A stretch of 64,000 bases of DNA from Candidatus Cloacimonadales bacterium (lineage in GTDB: Bacteria; Cloacimonadota; Cloacimonadia; Cloacimonadales; JAIOQZ01). A program made the position numbers and the translations under genes. Positions 9,781 to 19,974 of this stretch are shown piece after piece. The stretch is from NCBI GenBank assembly GCA_963662655.2, contig CAXXTU010000002.1:2592001-2656000 (forward strand), written 5' to 3'. The notes beneath the pieces were generated by a model that saw only the letters and a program-made list of their open reading frames with translations, was not told the DNA's origin and ran no database searches. Position 1 is the first letter of the stretch; every line of letters starts with the position of its first letter.

Positions 9781-10635
9781 TCACCAGGGAAATTTTTCAT
9801 CGATTCTGACCGATTTCACGTCCATATCGTGCGCCAAAAACAGCGGACCGTTCTTCGGCCTGAGTTCGTCCAGAATCATGCGTTTAAATCGGAAAGAGCG
9901 CGTCCTGTCAACCTCGTATGCCGAAGTTACGGACGGACGCAGATGCTCTTTATGCGGGAAGATATCGCCGCCGTAGTAAGCGAGTTCCCCTTCGCTCTCG
10001 ATTCGCACGACCTGAAATCCGTTGGAGTGTCCTCCGGCCAGAATCAGGCGAATCTCAGGCGTAAGGTTCACATCGCCGTTGACGAGCTGATATTTACCGC
10101 TTGTCTCCAGCAGCCCAAGCTGATGATCGAACTGGTAGGCTGATTCATTGAGTTCGTCAGGGTGTTTCGCCGTGCTCCATTCGATCTCCTGGATGTAGTG
10201 AATGGCATTGGGGAAGGTCAGCTCGTCACCGTTGCCAAAATCACTTACTACGCCTCCTGCATGATCGAAATGCAGATGAGTCAATATCACACCATCGATA
10301 TCCTCTCGCCTGTAGCCGACTCTCGCGAGGTTATCGATCAATGTGAATTCGGATGGCCGATATATCTTTTTCTCTTTTTCGCTGATGCGGTTCCCAAGTC
10401 CGGTATCGATCAGGAAAACCCTGCTGCCGGTATCAATAATCAGCAAGCTGAAATCCATCTGAATGCGGTGCTTCTCATCGATCGGGACCGTTCTCTCCCA
10501 GATCGCGCGCGGGAAAATTCCCATCGCAGCGCCGCCGTCCGACCAGAAATTACCTGCTGTTATCTTCTTGAGTTTTAGGCTTCCGAGTTCTTCGTGGCCT
10601 GCGTCTCCTCGGTTTTCCATCTTGATTTTCTTCAT
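9781..10635 (-). CDS. MBL-fold metallo-hydrolase (YtnP-like); start uncertain (10635 or 10620)
   Basis: Motifs THLHFDHAGG (HxHxDH), DGGAAMG, GHSNG, GGDIFP and C-terminal AHD. Confidence 0.9.
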   Translation of the reverse strand: MKKIKMENRGDAGHEELGSLKLKKITAGNFWSDGGAAMGIFPRAIWERTVPIDEKHRIQMDFSLLIIDTGSRVFLIDTGLGNRISEKEKKIYRPSEFTLIDNLARVGYRREDIDGVILTHLHFDHAGGVVSDFGNGDELTFPNAIHYIQEIEWSTAKHPDELNESAYQFDHQLGLLETSGKYQLVNGDVNLTPEIRLILAGGHSNGFQVVRIESEGELAYYGGDIFPHKEHLRPSVTSAYEVDRTRSFRFKRMILDELRPKNGPLFLAHDMDVKSVRIDEKFPW

Positions 10636-11302
10636 TTCTCCTGTTTTCCTTTGGAGATGAATCAGTTACGGCCTTCTCGCCGCTATCCGGCATTACAACG
10701 ACCCTCTTCTTCTCGCCCTGGCCTATCGTCATCGTACGTAAGTCGTTATCTTTCTCGATCAACCGATGTACCACTTTTCTGTCAGCGGCACGCATCGGAT
10801 CGAAGGTGAAGCTCTTCTTGCGTTGTTTCACCTTGTCGGCCACGTCGCGGATTTTTCCGATCAACTGTTTCTCGTGATTCCCTCGGTAGCCTTCGCAATC
10901 CACCACAACCTGCACATCGTTGATGCCCTGGTTGAGAAGCATGCGATTCACCAGATGCTGGATGCTGTTCAGGAGACGTCCATCCTTGCCGATGACGAAT
11001 CCCTTCTCCTTCACACCGACAAGATCGATATAGATCGTGTCGTTCTTCTTCTCGGAAGTCACTTGCTGATATTCCACGTCCATGTGCTTCAGGAGACCCT
11101 CGATGAAGATACGGACATCGCCATTGCCTTGTTGCAAGTTGAAATTGATCACGACAGGTTTCGCGCCGAAAAGGTTGAAAAAGCCGTTCGATCCCTTGTC
11201 TACAATGTCGTATGTGAATTGATTGCGTTTTAAGTTGAATTCCTTCATGAAGCCGGTTACGACTTCGAATTCCGATTTACCTTCTCGTTTGATTATTTTC
11301 AT
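10550..11302 (-). CDS. jag: Jag/KhpB/EloR RNA-binding protein (Jag_N, KH, R3H domains)
   Basis: KH motif VIGKDGRLLNSIQ and R3H motif DRKVVH; located directly after yidC. Confidence 0.88.
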   Translation of the reverse strand: MKIIKREGKSEFEVVTGFMKEFNLKRNQFTYDIVDKGSNGFFNLFGAKPVVINFNLQQGNGDVRIFIEGLLKHMDVEYQQVTSEKKNDTIYIDLVGVKEKGFVIGKDGRLLNSIQHLVNRMLLNQGINDVQVVVDCEGYRGNHEKQLIGKIRDVADKVKQRKKSFTFDPMRAADRKVVHRLIEKDNDLRTMTIGQGEKKRVVVMPDSGEKAVTDSSPKENRRNEENQDGKPRRRRPRRTRKPKTQEDNSR

Positions 11303-11344
11303 TGTAAAAAACCTCGGTTAAAATTACATATCCGTTGATGGAAG

Positions 11345-12985
11345 CTACTTACTGCGCTTCCGCATGATGTACATCTGAATGATCGAAAAGATATTGAAGA
11401 TCATCCAGTACAGAACGAGTCCAGACGATAAACCGCTGAATATCCAAACCATCATCACCGGCATCATATATAACATCATCTTTTGTGTTTGCGCCGCCGC
11501 TTTCTGCTGATCGTCCATGTTGTCAGAAACCGGTGGAGGAGTCATCATCTTCTGCTGAACGAACATGAAAACGCCCATCAGTACGGGAAGAATGTAGTAC
11601 GGATCCGGCGCGGAAAGGTCCTTCAGCCAGAACATGAAATGGGCCTGGCGAAGCTCGACCGAATAACGCAACGCTGGATAGAGCGCGAAGAAGATCGGCA
11701 TCTGAAGAAGCAGCGGCAAGCACCCGCCCAGGGGGCTCACACCGTGCTCCTTGTAGAGCTTCTGCATCTCTGCGTTCATCTGCTTGGGATCGCCTTTGTA
11801 CTTCTGCTTGAGCTCCTGCATCATGGGCTGAACCTTCTGCATCTTCTGTCCGGATTCCAGACTCTTGTGGGTCAGCGGGTAAACCACGACCTTGATGATG
11901 AAGGCGAAGATAATGATATCGACACCGTAGTTCGGAATCATCTTGTAGAGCTGCCCAAGCAGCCACAGGAAGAACTTGCTGAGGAACTGGAGCCACTTCG
12001 ATCCGATTTCGGCGAAATTCTCCAGACCGCTGCCGAATTCGTCTTCGAGCATCTTCGCGTTCAGCGGCCCTATGAAGATCGAGTAGTGGTGGTTGATCTC
12101 CCAGGTGTGGCTTGCATTGTCTACGTGCAAGGACATCGCGGGGCTATCGTCGACATCGTTGCCATGAAGCTGATTGACCTTCACGAGGCTGCTCGGGATC
12201 ACGGCGATACCGAAATACTTGGTCCGGACGCCGGCCCAATCGACCATGCCGTTGAGTGTTTGCGGCTCTTTTTGCAGCTTGGAGAGCGTTAGCTTCTCCA
12301 GGTCGTTGTCGATCTGCGCGACGATCTTATAGTCGGTTTTCTTGTGCTTTACGTACTCTTCCGTATCGCGGAGGCCGGATTCGAGCGCGATGCTGTAATC
12401 CTCGATATCCCTGCCCGTATTGACGATGAAATCCATTTCGAGACGGTAGTCCTTCGTCAGGACGAATCGCTTCTCGACCAGTCTCTTGCCGTTGTCGTCC
12501 GCAAGATAGAAAACGATGCCCGGTTTCCCTTCTTCGTTCAGCTTCTCATACTGGAAAAACATGTCGGAGACATCCACGTCTCCCACGCCGGTTTCGACGG
12601 GAAAACCCTCGAATTCCAGAACGCGGCGATCTTCTGGAATGAGTTGAACCGGCTTTGTCTTGTCGATCGATGAAAATTCCTTCAAGACGACCTTTGTGAT
12701 GCTTGCGCCCATGGTTGAAAACGTGAGGGCCAGCTTGTCATCTTCAAGCGTAATCAGCTCTTCTTCGATGGAGGCGTCCACCGAAAGGCTTGCCGGGGCG
12801 TTGCCTTTTAATGAAAGGGAGTCCGGCTTACTTAGCGTTGCGTCTTGAGATGTTGATACGGATTGCTCGGTGACAAGTTGTTGCTCGGGTAGCTCGGATG
12901 TTTTTTTGGGCGCCCAGATGAATTGGCTGAAAAACCAATATACGATGAAAATCAGTACGATAGCGATTACTGTTCGCTTATCCAA
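11345..12985 (-). CDS. yidC: Membrane protein insertase YidC (TTG start)
   Basis: Motif GGCLPLLLQMPIFFALY, WLKDLSAPDPYYILP, large periplasmic domain; RBS AGGAGG. Confidence 0.96.
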   Translation of the reverse strand: MDKRTVIAIVLIFIVYWFFSQFIWAPKKTSELPEQQLVTEQSVSTSQDATLSKPDSLSLKGNAPASLSVDASIEEELITLEDDKLALTFSTMGASITKVVLKEFSSIDKTKPVQLIPEDRRVLEFEGFPVETGVGDVDVSDMFFQYEKLNEEGKPGIVFYLADDNGKRLVEKRFVLTKDYRLEMDFIVNTGRDIEDYSIALESGLRDTEEYVKHKKTDYKIVAQIDNDLEKLTLSKLQKEPQTLNGMVDWAGVRTKYFGIAVIPSSLVKVNQLHGNDVDDSPAMSLHVDNASHTWEINHHYSIFIGPLNAKMLEDEFGSGLENFAEIGSKWLQFLSKFFLWLLGQLYKMIPNYGVDIIIFAFIIKVVVYPLTHKSLESGQKMQKVQPMMQELKQKYKGDPKQMNAEMQKLYKEHGVSPLGGCLPLLLQMPIFFALYPALRYSVELRQAHFMFWLKDLSAPDPYYILPVLMGVFMFVQQKMMTPPPVSDNMDDQQKAAAQTQKMMLYMMPVMMVWIFSGLSSGLVLYWMIFNIFSIIQMYIMRKRSK

Positions 12986-12997
12986 AGTTCCTCCTGA

Positions 12998-13216
12998 TCA
13001 TGGCAGAGGGTCGTGCCCTCCTGGATGAAACGGATGACACTTGAGTATCCGTTTTATAGACAGGAGCAATGCCTTCGGAAACGGGTATTTCTGAAATGCT
13101 TGCATAGCATAGACGCTGCAGGTTGGCGTAAAACGGCACGACGGAGGAAGATACGGAGAGATCAGCTTGCGATACGCGGTGATCGCCAATAGAGCGAACC
13201 GATTGAACAATCGCAT
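12998..13216 (-). CDS. yidD: Membrane protein insertion efficiency factor YidD
   Basis: Motifs [11 protein letters not shown] and [17 protein letters not shown]; start placed at the ATG at 13216. Confidence 0.93.
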   Translation of the reverse strand: MRLFNRFALLAITAYRKLISPYLPPSCRFTPTCSVYAMQAFQKYPFPKALLLSIKRILKCHPFHPGGHDPLP

Positions 13217-13220
13217 AATG

Positions 13221-13562
13221 CTATTCTCTGCCTGCGGGAACGGATTCAAGACGAGAAAAAAAACTCTTCAGGACGGACGAGAATTCATCCCAGTCCAGTT
13301 CGGCTGCGCCAATGCGCGCGATGATGAGAACTTTCAAAGGCATTTCCCAGTATTGCCTGTGTTCCCGTAAAAAAGCCCTGATCCTCCGTTTGACTTTGTT
13401 GCGCTTTACTGCCTTCCCGACCCTTTTACCTGCAACGATCCCGACATAGAGGTGCGGCGCGGTCCCGTTGTAAACAAGAAAAGTGAACCGTTTTCCGGGT
13501 AACCGCCGATGGTCGGAGTAAACCTCATTAAAATCATTCCGTTTCCGAATCACTCCATACAT
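13221..13562 (-). CDS. rnpA: Ribonuclease P protein component
   Basis: RNR-type motif [17 protein letters not shown]; lies between rpmH and yidD. Confidence 0.93.
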   Translation of the reverse strand: MYGVIRKRNDFNEVYSDHRRLPGKRFTFLVYNGTAPHLYVGIVAGKRVGKAVKRNKVKRRIRAFLREHRQYWEMPLKVLIIARIGAAELDWDEFSSVLKSFFSRLESVPAGRE

Positions 13563-13571
13563 TCAAAGTCA

Positions 13572-13706
13572 TTAGACAGTAAGTCTTTTGCGGCCTTTAA
13601 GCCTGCGCGCGGCGAGAACTTTACGTCCGCCCTTGGTTGCCATACGGGCACGAAAACCATGAACACGTTTTCTTCTCGTGTTATGTGGCTGATACGTTCT
13701 TTTCAT
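13572..13706 (-). CDS. rpmH: 50S ribosomal protein L34 (absent from the ORF track)
   Basis: Manual translation [44 protein letters not shown] (44 aa); RBS AAGGAG. Confidence 0.97.
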   Translation of the reverse strand: MKRTYQPHNTRRKRVHGFRARMATKGGRKVLAARRLKGRKRLTV

Positions 13707-13958
13707 TCTAAAATCTCCTTCAAAATTCGCTTCCGGTTCACTTTATACACATATCTCTGTGTCGAGTTTGAAAAAAATTACAGCCGCTTTTGTGTCAAGC
13801 ATTTAATCGCGAAATCCATTGTTTGTGTCTTGATGATTCACCTGTGCATTCTCATCGTAAGTTGCGCTTGCATCGTAAGAACTGTTTTATTCTTGACACA
13901 TAATGAATTATCTTCATGAATATTTTTCGGTTACCCAACCTATTCCAAGGGAGGTTCT

Positions 13959-16262
13959 ATGCGCTTGATATTTTGCTTTCTTTTCATCGTTTCAATTGTA
14001 GCTATGTCGGCGGAAATCCTGATCGACGAGGATTTCTCAGAAGGAACGCTTCCAGACGGTTGGCAGACTGTCGGCGCTAATGCCGGAGCAAATTGGTCGT
14101 TTCCCACTACGAATATAGCCGGCGGAGCAAATGGTGAAGCTTTTGCGAGTCAGGATCCGGACTTCAGCGCGGATTTGATCATGAAAAGCAATTTTGTTCC
14201 CAATGTCGATACACCGGCTTTCACGTTGAGCTTCCGGCAATTCTACGATGCGTATGGGAGTGATCTTTGGACTGCCGAAGTCAGCGTCGTCCTGATGAGC
14301 GAATCGGCGCAGATGTACACGGTCTGGAGCAATGAAGATGACCTGATAAGCGATTATGGCCCGATGCTGAATTCATGCAGCTTCGCTCATCCCTTCCCGG
14401 AAGCCGATTCACTGATGGTACGCTTCATCGTGGGGAGAGCTACCCACAGCATTGCCATGTTTCATGGGTGTGCTGTCGACGATGTATTGCTGGAAACATC
14501 AACCGATGTTTCCGGAACCATCACATCCAGCATGAGCCCGTGGTCAATCGATACGAACCTTACCATACCCGAAGGCATGACACTGACCATCGAGCCGGGG
14601 GTTGAAATCCGGTTTGCTCCCAGCGTGAACCTGACCGTAAACGGGCACTTGCAAATCAATGGAACCGAAGCGGAGCCCGTAACGTTCACAGCCGTAGAAA
14701 CCCTGCTTGCCAGCATGCTGGATGTAACGGGAACGGCAACGATCAACAGTCTGGTAGTAACCGATGTTCAGAGCAATGCGCAAGGCAGTGTTTTCAACGT
14801 GGAAAGCTCAAGTTCGTTCGTCTTGACAGGGTGCCGGTTCGATCGATGCGAGAGCCAGGGATCGGGTGGCGTGATGTACCTGGATAACTGCGATGTAACG
14901 ATATCGGGCTGTCAGTTTTCCAATTGTAATGCTGCTGAGCATGGAGGCGGGATATGCGCGATCTCCAGCACATTATCGATCGTTGATACTGATTTCAGCA
15001 CGTGCACTGCCGAGAATGGATCAGGTGGCGTCCTTATTGTTTTTGACTGCACGATCGAGATGTCGCGGGTCGAGGCAGTCGGGAATGAATCCACATCAGC
15101 AGGCGCTACTTTGTATGCTACGTACTCATCGGGCACCCTGGATCGTGTGCTGATTGCTGAAAGCGGTTATGGAAACGACTACTCGGTTGTTCAGATCAGC
15201 ACTGGCAGTTCATTTGTCATTAAGCGATGTACATTTACAGAATGCCGTGAAAACGGATACGGAATACTCGGGTTTTATGAAAGCAGTAACGCCGTTGTCA
15301 ATAGCTGCATTTTCTGGAACAACTTTGGAGATAACATCGACTTACATTCACCGGACAGCAGTGTGGAAGTGAAATATTGCGATATCGAAGGTGGTCAAAG
15401 CAGCGTGCAGCAAGGCGGAACCCTCACATGGGGAGAAGGCAACATCAATGCGGACCCCCTGTTCCTTTCTCCTGAAGCCGGTGATTACAACCTTGGCAGG
15501 CTTTCTCCCGCGTTGAACATGGGCGATCCATCATTATCGCTCGATCCGGATGGTTCGTATGTCGAGATGGGATGCTACCATGCATCGTATCTATGTCCCC
15601 TAATCGACTCGGTAGCAGATGTTCCCGGAGACCAGGGGCGACAGGTCTATGTGCACTGGATTCGGAGCTCCTGCGGCGTTACCTACAACCCAGACTACAG
15701 CTACTCGGTGTGGCGCAAGGATACGATGCCCGGCAGGAATGCAATGATCATTCATTCTCCCTCCGGGTTGCCGAAAGTGATCGAACAGCCGATCGTCCTG
15801 ATGCGCGATACGGAAGTATGGGTGTTCATCGCGCAAGTTCCATGCATGGGATTTGACACGTATACTATCGTCGCTCCGACATTAATGGATTCTTCCTCCT
15901 CGGGCCTGAACGAATCCACATTCATGGCCTATTGCCATACCGATACCGATATTCATCCCAGCGAACCCTCGAGCGGCTACTCCACCGACAATATCGCCCC
16001 TGATTCGCCGCGCGGGATTTCCATTACTACGGCTGGAACCGCTGTGCAGATACAGTGGGACGAAGTCACGACGGGGTCTTTCGAAGGCAATGCGTATCAA
16101 GAGTTGAACGGCGTGTGGTACAATATCTTTGCGGGGAATAATCCTGATTTCACCTGCGATCAGGAGCACTATCTTGCTACGACGCGGCATCCGTGGCTAC
16201 TGCAATCAAGTGGCAGTGAGCCGATGAAGTACTACAAGGTTGTGGCCAGTGATCAGGAGTAG
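13959..16262 (+). CDS. Secreted protein with a right-handed parallel beta-helix; lacks the NPFNP-type CTD
   Basis: Signal peptide, LTIEPGVEIRF, GG-rich beta-helix repeats, GNINADPLF, DVPGDQG module and an FN3-like C-terminus ending YYKVVASDQE. Confidence 0.75.
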   Translation: MRLIFCFLFIVSIVAMSAEILIDEDFSEGTLPDGWQTVGANAGANWSFPTTNIAGGANGEAFASQDPDFSADLIMKSNFVPNVDTPAFTLSFRQFYDAYGSDLWTAEVSVVLMSESAQMYTVWSNEDDLISDYGPMLNSCSFAHPFPEADSLMVRFIVGRATHSIAMFHGCAVDDVLLETSTDVSGTITSSMSPWSIDTNLTIPEGMTLTIEPGVEIRFAPSVNLTVNGHLQINGTEAEPVTFTAVETLLASMLDVTGTATINSLVVTDVQSNAQGSVFNVESSSSFVLTGCRFDRCESQGSGGVMYLDNCDVTISGCQFSNCNAAEHGGGICAISSTLSIVDTDFSTCTAENGSGGVLIVFDCTIEMSRVEAVGNESTSAGATLYATYSSGTLDRVLIAESGYGNDYSVVQISTGSSFVIKRCTFTECRENGYGILGFYESSNAVVNSCIFWNNFGDNIDLHSPDSSVEVKYCDIEGGQSSVQQGGTLTWGEGNINADPLFLSPEAGDYNLGRLSPALNMGDPSLSLDPDGSYVEMGCYHASYLCPLIDSVADVPGDQGRQVYVHWIRSSCGVTYNPDYSYSVWRKDTMPGRNAMIIHSPSGLPKVIEQPIVLMRDTEVWVFIAQVPCMGFDTYTIVAPTLMDSSSSGLNESTFMAYCHTDTDIHPSEPSSGYSTDNIAPDSPRGISITTAGTAVQIQWDEVTTGSFEGNAYQELNGVWYNIFAGNNPDFTCDQEHYLATTRHPWLLQSSGSEPMKYYKVVASDQE

Positions 16263-16457
16263 GATTAACAGTCACTGAATAAACTCTTTGGCAAAGCAAA
16301 GAAACGTGGCAACGTGTCCTCGTTTCCTGTCCAACCACATTCAACTGTTGGATCGCGGTGAAGACGCAGTGAGATTATCGTCAGGGAGACAAAATTACTG
16401 GACAAGCGCTACTTTTTATCCAAAAAAGGCGAGACATCAGATGATTGGAGATTCGAC

Positions 16458-19400
16458 ATGAAAAAAACGTTATTCTTTCTCTTCCTCGCAATGGTATTTT
16501 CCGGCATATTGAATGCCGACTATTTTATCGATTTTGAAGCAGAGAGCAAGGGGGCATACGGCGCGGCACCGATCTCTTTGAACGGTCTCGACTGGAACAT
16601 GAACGAAACGCTTATTGGAAATCTGGCTGCCGACAAAAAGAACGGAAATAAATCTGCACGATTCCGCTTTCCGGCTTCCATGACGATGCTGGAAGACAAA
16701 TCGGACGGCATCGGAACGATCTCGCTCTACTACGCGAAGTATGGGACAGATTCCCCGGCCCCGACATACCGGGTTGAATACAGCACCGACGGAGGCTCCA
16801 ACTGGACGCAGGCAGGTAACGACTTCGACTCGAACCTGCAAGCATCCCTAACGTACTGGAGCGCAGACATCAATGCCTCCGGGGCCGTGCGAGTACGCAT
16901 TGTGTGCGTTTCCGGCGAAGATGGTAAACGCGGAAATATCGACGACATCCTCATGACGGATTACTCCGGCGGAAGCCCCGTTATCCCTGACGCGCCAGTC
17001 GCTACTGTCGCAACCGGCATCACCGGAAGCGGTTTTCGGGCAAACTGGCAGACCTCGAGCGGCGCGAACGGCTACAACTTGTATATTACGCAGGGTGGAA
17101 GCGCGATTGCGAACTTCGATCCGATGATCATAGCCAACGGAGCGGCAACCTACTACGATGTAACCGCTCTGACATCCGAAACGGACTACGCATATTACCT
17201 GACAGCATATAGCGATGCGGGAACAAGCACGAACTCGAACATAATCGAGGTGACAACGCAAGATCCCTACGATGGTTACTACGACACGGCGGAGGGCCTT
17301 TCCGGCTCATATCTCAAAGATGAGCTTCACAGCATCATCGACGGACACACTTTCATCAACTACGATGGCGTGAAACTAGCCCTTCAGGTGCTGGACGAAG
17401 ACCCCGAGAACAGCTCGAACGTTATCGGATTGTACTCCGGGTGGTCGATCGCGAAAACCAACTTCAACACCTCCAACGGATGGAACCGCGAGCATGTCTG
17501 GGCGAAATCTCACGGAAACTTCGACATCGACGAATCTCCGGGAACCGATCTTCATCACCTGCGTCCCGAAGATTCCACCGTCAACACGGTGAAGTACAAC
17601 CGCGATTTTGATGAAGGCGGAAGCCAGTACATCGACGGCGATGGCGCGACGGACTGTTATTATACCACGGACACCTGGGAACCGCGCGACGAGGTGAAGG
17701 GCGACGTTGCTCGCATGATGTTCTACATGGATGTGCGTTACGAAGGCGACTCGGGTGAGGTCGATCTTGAACTGGTTGACGCAGTCGATACGGACGATCC
17801 GGATACGGGCGATTACCTGGGAGAGCACGGAAGGCTTACGACCCTGCTTCGCTGGCATTTCGAGGATCCGGTATCTGCTGAAGAACAGGCTCGAAACCAG
17901 CTCATCTACACCAACTACCAGCACAACCGTAATCCGTTCATCGATCATCCCGAATATGTCTCGGAGATATGGGGAACACCCTTACTGCTAAAGGATACAT
18001 CCGAAATGTCTTTCGATGATGTCGTCGTTGGCGAAACTTCCGGGGAATCTACTTTCGATATCATGGGAGTAGAACTCTATGGCGATGTAACGATAACAGC
18101 TCCCGAGGGTTTCGAAATTGCAACGTCAAGCGGCGGCAGCTTTTCCAGCCAGATCGTGCTCAGCCCAACCTCACGCGAGGTGTATGAAACCATTTACGTG
18201 CGTTTCTCGCCATCGGAAGAGATGTGGTATTCTGGTACGATAACTTGCGTCTCCTATCAAGCGGATCAGGAAGATATTGCCGTTTCTGGAAACGGCATCG
18301 TAGTTCAGGAAAACGAACTCTCGGCGATCATCAACGAGTGGTCGCAAGGCGACGGCGGATCCAAGGAATGGGTGGAAATCGTCGTGGTCCAGGACAACCT
18401 GGATATGCGCGGCTGGCAGCTTGCGGACGACTCCAATCCATACTGCACCTTTATCGAAGGCGCTGATTCGCCCTGGGCATCCGTCCCCGAAGGAACGGTA
18501 ATCGTTATATACAACGGCGGTGACCGCGATACGAACCTCCCCGTCGATGATATCATCGTAGTCGGTGACGGTAATCACCAGGTCGTTACCGCCCATAACG
18601 AGGCAAGCCTTTTCACCGACAGCAGTTGGGGCGGCTTCTCCAATTCGACCTCCTCCGATAATCCGATCCTGACTAACGGCTCCTCTCGTGCGGTCGTGCA
18701 CGACTGGGATCAGGGGAACGACAGCGCGTTCACGTCAATCAGGCCCGGATCGAGCACCGGCATTTTTTATACGGGAAACTCTGCGGAAGGCGCTACTTCG
18801 GCTTCCAACTGGACTTCCGCTCCTGCGACAAGCGAGGACATCACACCTTCAAATGGTAACGGGGGTTCGAACTCGGAGTGGCTTGATGAAACGCTTCCTG
18901 TTGTGTTCTCTTCCTTCACAGCCGTGGTTTCGGCCAAGAACGAAGTAACGCTGAAGTGGATCACGCAGTCTGAAGAAGACATGCTGGGCTACAACCTGCT
19001 CCGCGCCGAAGCCAGTAGTTACGAGAGCGCCGTTTCCATCAACACGGGCATCATTCCGGCGGAAAATCAGGTGATCGAGAATCGTTACCTTTACACGGAC
19101 GTCGAGGTTCAGCACGAGCGCACCTATTTCTACTGGCTGGAAGCTGTCTCGGCAGGTGGACATTGCGATTTCTACGGACCTGTGGAAGTCACGGTAACCG
19201 AAGATGATCCGAATCAAATCCCCGATATCCAGATGATGACCGAGTTGGGTGCGAATTTCCCCAATCCGTTCAATCCCTCCACGGCGATCGCGTTCTCGCT
19301 GGAGAAATCATCGAAAGTGACGATCGACATCTACAACCTGAAGGGACAGCATATCAAGACACTGCTCCATCAGCAGATGAACGAAGGATCTCACATCGTG

Positions 19401-19511
19401 CAATGGAATGGAAAGGACGAGAACGGTAAGCCTGCCGGAAGCGGTATCTACTTCTACAAAATGAAAGCGGGAGATTATACTTCCACCCGCAAAATGCTTC
19501 TGATGAAATGA
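16458..19511 (+). CDS. Secreted endonuclease I family (His-Me, Bsn-like) nuclease with FN3 domain and CTD
   Basis: Motifs WNREHVWAKSHG, TDLHHLRP, KGDVARMMFYMDVRY and QHNRNPFIDHPE; LPVVFSSF module and NFPNPFNP CTD. Confidence 0.9.
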   Translation: MKKTLFFLFLAMVFSGILNADYFIDFEAESKGAYGAAPISLNGLDWNMNETLIGNLAADKKNGNKSARFRFPASMTMLEDKSDGIGTISLYYAKYGTDSPAPTYRVEYSTDGGSNWTQAGNDFDSNLQASLTYWSADINASGAVRVRIVCVSGEDGKRGNIDDILMTDYSGGSPVIPDAPVATVATGITGSGFRANWQTSSGANGYNLYITQGGSAIANFDPMIIANGAATYYDVTALTSETDYAYYLTAYSDAGTSTNSNIIEVTTQDPYDGYYDTAEGLSGSYLKDELHSIIDGHTFINYDGVKLALQVLDEDPENSSNVIGLYSGWSIAKTNFNTSNGWNREHVWAKSHGNFDIDESPGTDLHHLRPEDSTVNTVKYNRDFDEGGSQYIDGDGATDCYYTTDTWEPRDEVKGDVARMMFYMDVRYEGDSGEVDLELVDAVDTDDPDTGDYLGEHGRLTTLLRWHFEDPVSAEEQARNQLIYTNYQHNRNPFIDHPEYVSEIWGTPLLLKDTSEMSFDDVVVGETSGESTFDIMGVELYGDVTITAPEGFEIATSSGGSFSSQIVLSPTSREVYETIYVRFSPSEEMWYSGTITCVSYQADQEDIAVSGNGIVVQENELSAIINEWSQGDGGSKEWVEIVVVQDNLDMRGWQLADDSNPYCTFIEGADSPWASVPEGTVIVIYNGGDRDTNLPVDDIIVVGDGNHQVVTAHNEASLFTDSSWGGFSNSTSSDNPILTNGSSRAVVHDWDQGNDSAFTSIRPGSSTGIFYTGNSAEGATSASNWTSAPATSEDITPSNGNGGSNSEWLDETLPVVFSSFTAVVSAKNEVTLKWITQSEEDMLGYNLLRAEASSYESAVSINTGIIPAENQVIENRYLYTDVEVQHERTYFYWLEAVSAGGHCDFYGPVEVTVTEDDPNQIPDIQMMTELGANFPNPFNPSTAIAFSLEKSSKVTIDIYNLKGQHIKTLLHQQMNEGSHIVQWNGKDENGKPAGSGIYFYKMKAGDYTSTRKMLLMK

Positions 19512-19632
19512 TTTCAGCTTTCACGTAGTGAAAACAAATTATATCGGAAGCGCTTTTGCTGGCGTTACGACTATGTGCAGCAAAACGTAAGCTTAGCGTT
19601 ACGATTTCATGCAAGAAGTCATCAGACTGTTG

Positions 19633-19666
19633 ACAAAGCCTGGGGGGGGCCCGGGCTTTGTTTTTT
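19633..19666 (+). terminator. Rho-independent terminator after the nuclease gene
   Basis: acaaagcctggg...cccgggctttgt followed by a T-tract. Confidence 0.65.
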
Positions 19667-19974
19667 ACTCTTGGAATATAGGGCTCTGTTGTTATGTTAT
19701 TTGAAATGGTCATGAAAGGATTTTCAAGTGCGTTGAAGTGTACCCGTTATCTCCTGTCTGCATTATTCTTGACATCAAAAATACATTCCAAAAATGAGCA
19801 TCGAACAACGTAAATTTTCTCAATATATGATGAGTATTTCCATTTCCGCTTTGATAACGCATAAATAGGGAAATAGATGAGGCGGAAATTGTTTGTCAGT
19901 GAGGATTTTCCGATTGAGTATCCAATGAATTCATGGCTCATCAATTGAAAAATCGATAACATTGTAGGAGAACA

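Noticed and set aside
13890..13920. dif site or oriC near rpmH
   Set aside because: The spacer between cataa and ttat is 4 nt rather than 6, the XerD arm is poor, and there is only one DnaA-box-like sequence.
16285..16390. c-di-GMP-I riboswitch upstream of the nuclease (ggcaaa...gaaa)
   Set aside because: The P2 stem and the downstream ACGCAAAGC/P3 elements are missing.
19642..19649. G8 tract as a phase-variation switch
   Set aside because: It lies in the stem and loop of a terminator, not in a CDS or an evident promoter spacer.
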